A stretch of 64,000 nt of DNA from an uncultured Christensenella sp. (GTDB taxonomy: Bacteria > Bacillota > Clostridia > Christensenellales > Borkfalkiaceae), in NCBI GenBank assembly GCA_910578145.1, contig CAJTPJ010000003.1, positions 11,556-75,555 on the forward strand, given 5' to 3'. Position numbers and translations under genes: made by a program. Below are positions 9,399 through 17,482 of the stretch, piece after piece; position 1 is the stretch's first letter; every line of letters begins with the position of its first letter. The notes under the pieces are model-generated. The model was not told the origin of the DNA. It was given only the letters and a program-made list of their open reading frames with translations, and searched no databases.

Positions 9399-10577
9399 TT
9401 AATCCTTTTTAATGGCTTTCGCCTCGATATAGTACCGTTTTTCGTAACCCTCGCCCATAGAAAAGGTCTTTCTGGGCAGGTTGCCGCCGCTTATTATAAG
9501 ATTGAAAAAATCTTTTTTGCTTATTGACGGAAGAATTATACCCACTCCGCCGTCGGTTAAATTAACTAAATCGCTTTCGCCGTGGATATAATCCACTTCG
9601 CCGCCGTGCTTGGCAATAAACCCGCTTATAAACGAGTCAAGAAGGCGTATGCCCTGCGGAATATCTTCTGAAAACGGGATTTTAGTTTTTATCCCCCCGT
9701 TAACAATATACGCAAATTCTTTGCCCGAAGTTTTTAATCCGGAAAAAAACAGGTCGGCTTTATCGGTTTTTACAAACCTGTGTATGGGCTGGAAATTAAG
9801 CGCTGGGTCGTATTCGTTTACCACTTCGACAAGCGCGTACCGCGCGGGGTGGTTTTCCCGCTCTTTTTCGCTAAGTGAGGCTTTTAAATTTTCCCAACAG
9901 GTTTTTGCAGTTGCAAGCGAATGGTTGCCGTCGCCCACGGCAAACAACAACTTTTCCCGCCTGCCGTCCAAAAGCGCGTAAAGCGCGGAAGTAACTTCTT
10001 CGGCGTTGGTTATAAAAGTGCCCTTTACCCTGCCTCCGTTTTGCATAAGCCGGAAATCGTACAGCACTTCGCCGCGGCTTACCGCCTTTAACACGGTATT
10101 TTGCGGGTCGTCGTACAAAAGCATTGCGTGCGGCAGTTCCACGGGCGCGTTTTTACGTATTTCCACGCGCGGTGGAATGCGCTCTAAAATAGTGGCTTCG
10201 GTAGAGCGGATAAGCGTTTTTGCGCCCGCTTCGTACGAATAATCTTCCAAATCGACTGAAAGCACTATACCCGTACGCGTGCCCGACGGAGTTGTACGCT
10301 CCACGAGAATAAACCCGCCGCATATCTTTTTAAAAACGCCGCCCGAAAGGTAAGCGCGCATAGTTTCGTTTATACGCGATATACGCTTTTCGGGCTGGTC
10401 TTTTAAATATATTTCGGGAAAAATGAGGTTGAAAGCAGAAGGGCTTCCTACAGTTAAATTTTCAACTTCCCTCCAATACTCGTAATCGGACGTGTATTGG
10501 TCGCAGGCGTTAACCGCCCATTTGTGCATATCTGCATTTGCGGGAAGAAGAATTTCCGGTATTTTTACTGTATTCAT
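9399..10577 (-). CDS. DUF1015-family protein
   Basis: 392 aa. The overall pattern (FAVGDGNHSLATAK, YALVE..N..D..L.F.PIHR) matches my memory of the DUF1015 family. There is no SD, and the start lies 5 nt after the micro-ORF stop. Confidence 0.6.
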   Translation of the reverse strand: MNTVKIPEILLPANADMHKWAVNACDQYTSDYEYWREVENLTVGSPSAFNLIFPEIYLKDQPEKRISRINETMRAYLSGGVFKKICGGFILVERTTPSGTRTGIVLSVDLEDYSYEAGAKTLIRSTEATILERIPPRVEIRKNAPVELPHAMLLYDDPQNTVLKAVSRGEVLYDFRLMQNGGRVKGTFITNAEEVTSALYALLDGRREKLLFAVGDGNHSLATAKTCWENLKASLSEKERENHPARYALVEVVNEYDPALNFQPIHRFVKTDKADLFFSGLKTSGKEFAYIVNGGIKTKIPFSEDIPQGIRLLDSFISGFIAKHGGEVDYIHGESDLVNLTDGGVGIILPSISKKDFFNLIISGGNLPRKTFSMGEGYEKRYYIEAKAIKKD

Positions 10578-10582
10578 AAATT

Positions 10583-10690
10583 TCAGATATTGAGAAAAAT
10601 AACCGTAACCGCCGCAAGGACGATTGCAAGTATTTTAATGGGAACGTTTTTAGTAAAGACGTCGGATAGAAATTTAGTAAACTTTTTCAT
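10583..10690 (-). CDS. 35-aa single-TM micro-ORF (MKKFTKFLSDVFTKNVPIKILAIVLAAVTVIFLNI) resembling only the N-terminal anchor of CdaR/YbbR
   Basis: Hand-translated, because it is below the ORF-track size cutoff. Its ATG overlaps the cdaA TGA stop (ATGA). A strong GGAGGG SD lies 6-7 nt upstream. Its stop is 5 nt before the DUF1015 ATG. It occupies the position that cdaR holds in cdaA-cdaR-glmM operons. Confidence 0.45.
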   Translation of the reverse strand: MKKFTKFLSDVFTKNVPIKILAIVLAAVTVIFLNI

Positions 10691-11514
10691 ATTTTACCCT
10701 CCGCGGTAAGGTCGGACCAATAATATTCGGACAGCGCGTTTTTAATATCCGCCGCGTCCGCGTATTTCTTTTTTATAACTCCGTTTTTGGCTATTGAAAT
10801 AATGCCCGTTTCTTCGGAAACGACGATGGCGGTTACGCTTGCAACCGAGGTTACGCCAAGCGCGGCGCGGTGGCGGCTGCCCATATCCTTGGGCAGATTT
10901 TCACTTTGCGCAAGCGGCAAAAAACAGCCCGCGGCGTAAATTTTGTTGCCCTCTATAATCATAGCCCCGTCGTGCAGGGGAGCTTTGGGATAAAACACCG
11001 CCTCTATCATTTGCGAAGTTATTTGCGCGTTTACAACCGTTCCGCTTTCGATTATGCCTTCGGGTAAGTTTTCGTTGGAAAGCACTATAAGCGCGCCTAT
11101 GTCCTTTTTAGACATATTTTGCACGGCGCGGATAGTTTCTTCTATGATAAGTTCCACGCCTGAAACGGTTAGCGAATCCATTTTGTTTTTCTTAACGTTG
11201 GAGTCAAGCAACGAACGCTTTATTTCGGTGTTGAACATAGTAAAAATTAAAAGGGCAATCATTAAAATTACCACGAGAGTAAGCTCTGACGAGAACGAAT
11301 TTGAAAAAGCGAAAGTAACGCCGCTTAAAATAACGAAAAATACCACGGCAACTATAAATTTGCCGCCCTTGTTATTTTTTAAAATTTTAAATACGATATA
11401 AAAAGTTACCGCCAAAAATATAAATTGCAAAAGATAATCTACGAAATTTAAATCTTTACCGAACTCGGTAAAAAACGTTATAAGATTATTTTTGATAGTT
11501 TCCCAACTTTTCAT
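10687..11514 (-). CDS. cdaA: Diadenylate cyclase CdaA (membrane-bound DAC domain)
   Basis: Three N-terminal transmembrane helices followed by the DAC motifs GALIV, PLHDGAMII and GSRHRAALGVT. Confidence 0.92.
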   Translation of the reverse strand: MKSWETIKNNLITFFTEFGKDLNFVDYLLQFIFLAVTFYIVFKILKNNKGGKFIVAVVFFVILSGVTFAFSNSFSSELTLVVILMIALLIFTMFNTEIKRSLLDSNVKKNKMDSLTVSGVELIIEETIRAVQNMSKKDIGALIVLSNENLPEGIIESGTVVNAQITSQMIEAVFYPKAPLHDGAMIIEGNKIYAAGCFLPLAQSENLPKDMGSRHRAALGVTSVASVTAIVVSEETGIISIAKNGVIKKKYADAADIKNALSEYYWSDLTAEGKI

Positions 11515-11621
11515 TGATTTCCTCGTAAATTGCCCGTACGTATATTATGCCTATATTACTATTAACTATTATATAATTAATCGTTTAAAAAATAAAGCGT
11601 TTGCAGGTGGATAATTTTAAC

Positions 11622-12596
11622 TCAAGAGAAAAAAATATAGTTTTCCGCGTTTTGCATTGCGCCCAAAGGCGTTATAACGCCGCGCTTTACCGCGGAAATT
11701 TTTTCGTAAATGTAACTGATATACGCCGCCAGCTTTGCTTCGCCTATGGTTTCAGCCTGTTCGCGGCTTTTTTTAACGCCGTACTCCTTCATTTTCAGCT
11801 TTGACGCCAACTCCTGATTGCTGTCGCGTGAAGTTAATATCGTAAACAAATTTCTGAAATAATTCATCAGCCCGGCAAGCAGAAACATTTCGTCGCCGCT
11901 CTTTTGCAAAAGCTCGTCCGCAATAATGCAAAACGCCGTATAATCCCGCCGCGAAACCGCGTTGGTCAGCTCGTAAAGCCTGTAATCCGCGTCTTTATAA
12001 ACCAGCGAATCAACTTCTTCCATAGTAAGTTGCCCCTCGCCCTTATATGCGGCTAATTTTTCAACCTCAACCGAAACCCTTGCCATATTGCAAAGGCAAT
12101 ATTCCGCTACCTTCTCGCAAGCGGCGGTAGAAGCCGCAACGCCCGCGCGCCTAAGAGTTATATACGCCCAACGCGCCACCGTATCCACGTCTGCGCGCCC
12201 GCAATCAACGTAAGTTACCGCGTGTTTGCGCTTTAAATCCACGCCTTTTTTCGCGCCGGAATTTACTATTATCAATATCGACGACGGCGGAAAATCCTCG
12301 AACAACGGTTTTAAATAATTTTCGTATTCGCTTTCGGTAGGGTAAAACTCGCTAACCCGTATAACGCGTTTTTCCGCCATAAACGGGTAATTTTTAAGCG
12401 CGGAAATTAATGCGGACAAACCGCTACCTTTAAGCGTTTCGCCGTCGAACGAAGTATAATTAAGCTCGGGCATAGTCAAAAAGGCGGTTTTTATTTGCTC
12501 CTCGCCCTTCATTCTGAAATACGCGTCGTCGCCTTCAAGCAGGTATACGCTGTTTGCGCCGCGGCTTATACTTTCCTTTAACTCGGTGTACTTCAT
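11622..12596 (-). CDS. holA: DNA polymerase III delta subunit
   Basis: 324 aa. The N-terminal pattern VYLLEGDD.Y and the overall length and pattern are typical of HolA. Confidence 0.75.
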   Translation of the reverse strand: MKYTELKESISRGANSVYLLEGDDAYFRMKGEEQIKTAFLTMPELNYTSFDGETLKGSGLSALISALKNYPFMAEKRVIRVSEFYPTESEYENYLKPLFEDFPPSSILIIVNSGAKKGVDLKRKHAVTYVDCGRADVDTVARWAYITLRRAGVAASTAACEKVAEYCLCNMARVSVEVEKLAAYKGEGQLTMEEVDSLVYKDADYRLYELTNAVSRRDYTAFCIIADELLQKSGDEMFLLAGLMNYFRNLFTILTSRDSNQELASKLKMKEYGVKKSREQAETIGEAKLAAYISYIYEKISAVKRGVITPLGAMQNAENYIFFS

Positions 12597-12613
12597 TTTT
12601 GCCTCCCGCGCGG

Positions 12614-13501
12614 TCAGTCTTGACTGAACATAGCTAAAAATTCTTTTATTGCGTAAGAAAGAGTTGTATGCTTTGCAAGCGCCACCCCTACGCCGCGCAC
12701 GGGAAGCGCGGGTTGGGTTTTAATTTCGTAAAGTTCGCCGTTTGAAAGTTCTTCACGGCAATATTCGCGTGGAATGCACCCCACGCCCATACCTTTTATA
12801 ACCAGCTTTTTCATTAAATCCCAGTTTGCCACCTCTATATCCGGCGAAAGCCTTACGCCCAAAGTTTCACAAAACGATGCGAAGGCGCGGCGGGCTATGG
12901 TGTTTTCCTCTATCATCATAAGCGGAAACTCCTGCAAATCTTCAAGCGGAATAATTTCTGCCGCGCGGTCGGCAAACTCTTTACCCGCCACGAAAATATC
13001 GGAAAGCAGCGCCACAGTGCCGTAAAAGCGCACCTCGTCGTCGGAGGCGGGCAGGTTTATAAAAGCCACGTCGCACTTGCCTTCTTTAAGCTGGCTTATG
13101 GTATAAGGCGAGGTTGAAGATATAAGTTCCAGCTTAACCGCGGGATATCTTTGGTGGAATTCCGCAATTTTATCTGCGATTACGTTGGAAAAAATAGAGT
13201 CTGTAGCGCCTATTCTTATTACGCCGGAAGCCACCGTTTTTAATTCCATAAGTTTGTTTTCGGCGTCCTCTAAAAGAGTTAAAGCCTCTTCGACCTGTTT
13301 ATAAATCAGCTTTCCGCCGCCCGCGGACAAATCCATACCCTTGTGCGTTCTGTTGAAAAGCGAAGTTCCCATTTGAGTTTCAAGCTGCTTTATAGCCTGG
13401 GAAACCGCGGGCTGCGAAATAAACAGCTCCTGCGCGGCTTTGGTAAGACTGCCGCACTTTGCAACCGTGTAAAATACTTTGTAAAGTTCAAGATTGACCA
13501 T
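12614..13501 (-). CDS. LysR-family transcriptional regulator
   Basis: N-terminal HTH LELYKVFYTVAKCGSLTKAAQELFISQPAVSQAIKQLE followed by a LysR substrate-binding domain. I chose the start at MVNLE (13501) so that it does not overlap the mnmE stop. The ORF track extends it to 13519. Confidence 0.88.
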   Translation of the reverse strand: MVNLELYKVFYTVAKCGSLTKAAQELFISQPAVSQAIKQLETQMGTSLFNRTHKGMDLSAGGGKLIYKQVEEALTLLEDAENKLMELKTVASGVIRIGATDSIFSNVIADKIAEFHQRYPAVKLELISSTSPYTISQLKEGKCDVAFINLPASDDEVRFYGTVALLSDIFVAGKEFADRAAEIIPLEDLQEFPLMMIEENTIARRAFASFCETLGVRLSPDIEVANWDLMKKLVIKGMGVGCIPREYCREELSNGELYEIKTQPALPVRGVGVALAKHTTLSYAIKEFLAMFSQD

Positions 13502-13503
13502 AA

Positions 13504-14802
13504 TTATTTTCCTACGCAAAATTTTTCAAATACAGTGGATATTATCTCTTCGGTAGCGGTTTCGCCCGTTATTTCACCCAGCGCGTCCCACGCGTCTTTT
13601 AAATCGATAGCCACCAAATCCAAAGTGGCAAGCCCGCTACCCGCCGCCGCGCTTGCAAGCGAATTAGCCGCGCGGCACAGCGCCGAATAGTGCCGTTCTT
13701 CCACGATATACGCCTTTTCAAGCGCCGCACCGCCAACCGCGGTTTGGGCAAGCATAGCTTTAAGTTTTTCCAGCCCGTCGCCAGTGAGCGCGGAAACGCA
13801 AATATCGTAATTTTCCTGCGGCTGTTTTATATCGGTTTTGTTGAACACTTTTATTATTTTTCCGCTTACCCCGTCGGGCAGCTCAACGTCCTCGCCCTCG
13901 CTTACCGAAAGCACGATATCCGCGGCGAGAATAGCGTTTTTGGCGCGATTTATGCCAATGCTCTCCACTACGCCCGCCTGCCCGCGTATACCGGCGGTAT
14001 CAATAAGATTATACTTTACGCCGTCTATTTCAATAGTGCCCTCAACTGCGTCGCGCGTGGTGCCCGCCTCCGGTGAAACGATGGCTTTATCGTAACCGAG
14101 CAACGCGTTTAAAAGCGAACTTTTGCCCGAATTGGGTTTGCCGCAAAGCGCAACCATTACCCCGCTTTTTATCAGTTTGCCGCTTTTATAACTTGCAATA
14201 AGCGGCTTTATCTCATCTTCAAGCTCAACTATTTTGCGTTTTAGCGCGGCGGCGTCGGCGCCGCTTTCGTCCTCTTCGGGGTAGTCAATTTCAACGGCTA
14301 TTCCCGCAAGCACGTCTTTAAGTTTTGCTTGAAGCGCCTTAACCTCGGCGGTTAGTTTTTCGCCATAGAGCATACTGCCAGCGCGGAGCAGGGCTAAACT
14401 TTCCGCGTTAATCATATCAACCATACCTTCGGCGGAAGCCAGCGAAAGTTTTCCGTTTAAAAAGGCTCGTTTTGTAAACTCGCCGCGCTCGGCGCTTCTT
14501 GCGCCAAGGGCAATAGCTTTATTAAGTATTCCGCGCGCTATCTGCACCCCGCCGTGGCACTGAAACTCCACTATATCCTCGCCCGTAAACGATTTGGGAG
14601 CTTTGAAATACACCACAAACCCGTAGTCGGAAAACCCCTCGCCGCAAATGGTAACGGGGTACATTTTATTGGGCTCGTAAACGTTTTTTTTCGGCTCGGT
14701 CATTTCCTTGGCTATTTCAAGCGCGTTTCCGCCGCTAAGCCTTATAACCGCAACGCCGCCCGCGCCGTGCGCAGTGGCTATAGCCGCTATACATTCGTCC
14801 AT
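13504..14802 (-). CDS. mnmE: tRNA modification GTPase MnmE
   Basis: IAAIATAHGAGGVAVIRLSG at the N-terminus, a G-domain with GKPNSGKSSLLNAL / DTAGIR / NKTD, and the characteristic C-terminal FCVGK. Confidence 0.92.
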   Translation of the reverse strand: MDECIAAIATAHGAGGVAVIRLSGGNALEIAKEMTEPKKNVYEPNKMYPVTICGEGFSDYGFVVYFKAPKSFTGEDIVEFQCHGGVQIARGILNKAIALGARSAERGEFTKRAFLNGKLSLASAEGMVDMINAESLALLRAGSMLYGEKLTAEVKALQAKLKDVLAGIAVEIDYPEEDESGADAAALKRKIVELEDEIKPLIASYKSGKLIKSGVMVALCGKPNSGKSSLLNALLGYDKAIVSPEAGTTRDAVEGTIEIDGVKYNLIDTAGIRGQAGVVESIGINRAKNAILAADIVLSVSEGEDVELPDGVSGKIIKVFNKTDIKQPQENYDICVSALTGDGLEKLKAMLAQTAVGGAALEKAYIVEERHYSALCRAANSLASAAAGSGLATLDLVAIDLKDAWDALGEITGETATEEIISTVFEKFCVGK

Positions 14803-14871
14803 AATTAAACCTCAAAGGTATAAATTCTGCTTATACTTCTTTAAATTAATTATATCACCGCCCGCAAAAAA

Positions 14872-14904
14872 TGTAAAGAAAAAGAGCGCTTTTTACGCGC
14901 CCTT
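14872..14904 (-). terminator. Intrinsic terminator downstream of the 292-aa membrane protein gene
   Basis: The minus-strand RNA reads AGGGCGC-GUAAAAA-GCGCUCU followed by UUUUCUUU. Confidence 0.55.
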
Positions 14905-14916
14905 TATAAATTGTTT

Positions 14917-15795
14917 TTATAAATCGAACGGGTCGGAATTATCTTTACCGCCGCCGTTGCCGTTTCCTTCGTTGCCTAATCCGGAAAACGGGTCGTCGTT
15001 AGTATTGCCGGCGGACGGGTTGGAACGGGATTGCCCTTCATACGGAGGATTTTCATAGCCGCCGCGCGAATAAGGATTTTGGTCGTAAGGATTGCTTTCG
15101 TAGTTTTGGCGGGTGTACTGCTGGTAAATTCTGTACTGCCGCTCCTGCTCGCGCCTAAGAAATTCGCGGTAGTTCATACCCGTGTTATTGCGCACGATAA
15201 ATATTAAAATGCCCTGTATGGGGAAAAGAATACTCGTAATAGTGAAAAGGAAATAACGGCGCGCCGCAAAACTTTGGAAAAACGCCGACAGCACGAACAC
15301 GCGCAAGGCAAGGAAAATTAAGTTAACCCATACTAAAATATAGTCGTAAAGGCACTCGAAACACCAAGCCGCCCAAGCAAGTTCCACCGGCACGCCAACC
15401 AACTGCAACTCGGTAGTAGAACCGTAATAACCTTCCTGCACCGCCTCGAACACGCAACCTGCGTCAAACAGTTTAAAAACGGCAACGTAGTAAACGACGT
15501 GCCCGACCACCAGCAACGCTTCGAGTATAGAAGCCGCAAGCGACAGCGTTTTGGTATTAACGCTTGCAAACGCGCGGTTTTTCTGCCCGCAAACGCCTAT
15601 ATAGTAAGTATTTAAAAAGGGCACGAACGCCATCCATTTATTTTTAAGCCCTTCGCGCGCGGCGATGGTGTACAAGCCGATAGCCTGAAAAACGAACACA
15701 GTAAGAAAGCAAAGCGCGCCCACTATCAGCGGCACGTAAAGCGTTTTGCTGTTGACAAACTGCAACGCTATCGTAGCGTATTCAAAAAAATCCAT
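14917..15795 (-). CDS. Multi-pass membrane protein with a Q/N/Y/G-rich low-complexity C-terminal tail
   Basis: 292-aa ORF with about 5 hydrophobic helices, then the tail ...QYRIYQQYTRQNYESNPYDQNPYSRGGYENPPYEGQSRSNPSAGNTNDDPFSGLGNEGNGNGGGKDNSDPFDL. I did not recognise a family. Confidence 0.6.
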   Translation of the reverse strand: MDFFEYATIALQFVNSKTLYVPLIVGALCFLTVFVFQAIGLYTIAAREGLKNKWMAFVPFLNTYYIGVCGQKNRAFASVNTKTLSLAASILEALLVVGHVVYYVAVFKLFDAGCVFEAVQEGYYGSTTELQLVGVPVELAWAAWCFECLYDYILVWVNLIFLALRVFVLSAFFQSFAARRYFLFTITSILFPIQGILIFIVRNNTGMNYREFLRREQERQYRIYQQYTRQNYESNPYDQNPYSRGGYENPPYEGQSRSNPSAGNTNDDPFSGLGNEGNGNGGGKDNSDPFDL

Positions 15796-15881
15796 ATTCC
15801 CGTTACCCCTGGTTTTACCTTACGTTATATTATTATATTCTCTTAAAATGAAGTATTTAAAAATTCTGAGTGAAATTTAAG

Positions 15882-16640
15882 TTAAAAAAGTTTAATCCCG
15901 TAATCTACGCTTACAAGCGTAAGCCCTTTTGCGGGCATAGTTTTGCCCACCGCTTCCCGGTCCAGCAAGTCGAACGAACGCCGTATTTCTTCTTCTGACA
16001 AAAAGCCTTGGGCGTAGTTAAGCATAGTGCCGGCAATAGTGCGTACCATATTGTATAAAAAACCCGCGCCGCATACGGTTACGTCTATATCCGTACCACC
16101 CATACTTTCGCGAGAGGAAACGCAAACGGAATACACCTCGCGAACCGTAGTTTTTACCTGCGAACCGCTTTTACAATAGGCTTTAAAATCACGCTTACCC
16201 TCAAATGCCCCCGATATATGTTGGAGTTTCGCTATATCCACCGCGTTTTTTACCCAAACCGAATACCTGTCCTTTAAAGGGTTTCTGCGCGTGGAAACGT
16301 AAAAAGAATAGCGGTAAGTTTTTCGTTTTGCACTGCGGTTACTGTCAAAATCCGTCGGCGCGGCAATCGAATCAAGCACGGAAATATCTTGCGGCAAGAC
16401 AAGGTTTAAAACTTCTGCAATCTTGTCCGCGGGGATAGTCGTATCCGCGTCGAAATGGCACACCTGCCCCGCCGCGTGAACGCCGCTGTCCGTTCTGCCG
16501 CTTGCCGTAACGCAAATTTTTTTACCGAAAACTTTAAAACACGCCTCTTCGAGTTTTTGCTGTACGGTTATACTGTTTTTCTGAATTTGCCAACCGCCGT
16601 AATGCGTTCCGTCGTAGGCTACGAGAATTGCGTATCTCAT
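15882..16640 (-). CDS. truA: tRNA pseudouridine(38-40) synthase TruA
   Basis: MRYAILVAYDGTHYGGWQ..., SGRTDSGVHA (catalytic Asp) and FLYNMVR. The start is set at MRYA (16640), overlapping the ecfT stop. It follows ecfA-ecfT, as is usual in Firmicutes. Confidence 0.92.
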   Translation of the reverse strand: MRYAILVAYDGTHYGGWQIQKNSITVQQKLEEACFKVFGKKICVTASGRTDSGVHAAGQVCHFDADTTIPADKIAEVLNLVLPQDISVLDSIAAPTDFDSNRSAKRKTYRYSFYVSTRRNPLKDRYSVWVKNAVDIAKLQHISGAFEGKRDFKAYCKSGSQVKTTVREVYSVCVSSRESMGGTDIDVTVCGAGFLYNMVRTIAGTMLNYAQGFLSEEEIRRSFDLLDREAVGKTMPAKGLTLVSVDYGIKLF

Positions 16641-17482
16641 CTTATCCTTAAATACTGATAAATTTCGGGGCATATCTGCTCGCCGTAAATATTGAATAGC
16701 ACTACCCCCGCAATTAGCGCGGCAATTACTATAAGCGCCACAAGGTCGCGCACGCCGAATTTTAGTTTTTTGTATTTCGTTCGCGTTTTAGAGCCCGAAT
16801 AACAGCGCGCGTCCATAGCGTCGCCAAGCTCGTCCGCGCGGCGGAACGCGCTGATTAGCAAAGGTATTAAAATAGGCACGATAGCCTTTATGCGCTTGAA
16901 TATATTCCCGCTTTCAAAATCCGCGCCGCGCGCTTTCTGCGCCGCGATTATACGGTTGGTTTCGTCAATCAAAGTAGGGATAAATCTTAACGCGATAGAC
17001 ATTATAAGCGCAAGTTCGTGCACGGGAAATTTTATGAAAGTTAACGGTTTTAATAAACTTTCTATGCCGTCCGTAAGCGAAACCGGCGTGGTTGTAAGCG
17101 TTAAAATTGCCGAAGCCATTACGATAAAAAACAACCTTAGCACAAAGAAAGCGCTGAAAATTACGCCCTCTAAATATATTTTTATTATCCACCACTCCAC
17201 CAAAAGCATACTGCCTTTGTGGAAAAACAGGTTTAAAACAGCAGTGAATATAAGTATAAACATTACGGCTTTAACCGAGCGCAAAACGCTTTTAAAGGGC
17301 ACGCGCGACGAGGCGATTGCCGCTATAACGACTATTGCGCACAGTGCAAGCGAATAGAAATTGCTTGCGCAAAAAAGCAATACGATAATACTTATAAGTG
17401 CGAGAATCTTAATTCTGGGGTCCAACCTGTGCATGAAGGACTGCGTAGGGTAATACTGACCGAAAGCAACGTCGTTAAGCAT
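16637..17482 (-). CDS. ecfT: ECF transporter transmembrane (T) component EcfT
   Basis: MLNDVAFGQYYPTQSFMHRLDPRIK is the typical EcfT N-terminus, and the ARG motifs are present (AQKARGADF). The start is set at 17482, with a GAGGTGAGG SD upstream. The longer track ORF would overlap ecfA by 83 nt. Confidence 0.9.
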   Translation of the reverse strand: MLNDVAFGQYYPTQSFMHRLDPRIKILALISIIVLLFCASNFYSLALCAIVVIAAIASSRVPFKSVLRSVKAVMFILIFTAVLNLFFHKGSMLLVEWWIIKIYLEGVIFSAFFVLRLFFIVMASAILTLTTTPVSLTDGIESLLKPLTFIKFPVHELALIMSIALRFIPTLIDETNRIIAAQKARGADFESGNIFKRIKAIVPILIPLLISAFRRADELGDAMDARCYSGSKTRTKYKKLKFGVRDLVALIVIAALIAGVVLFNIYGEQICPEIYQYLRIR

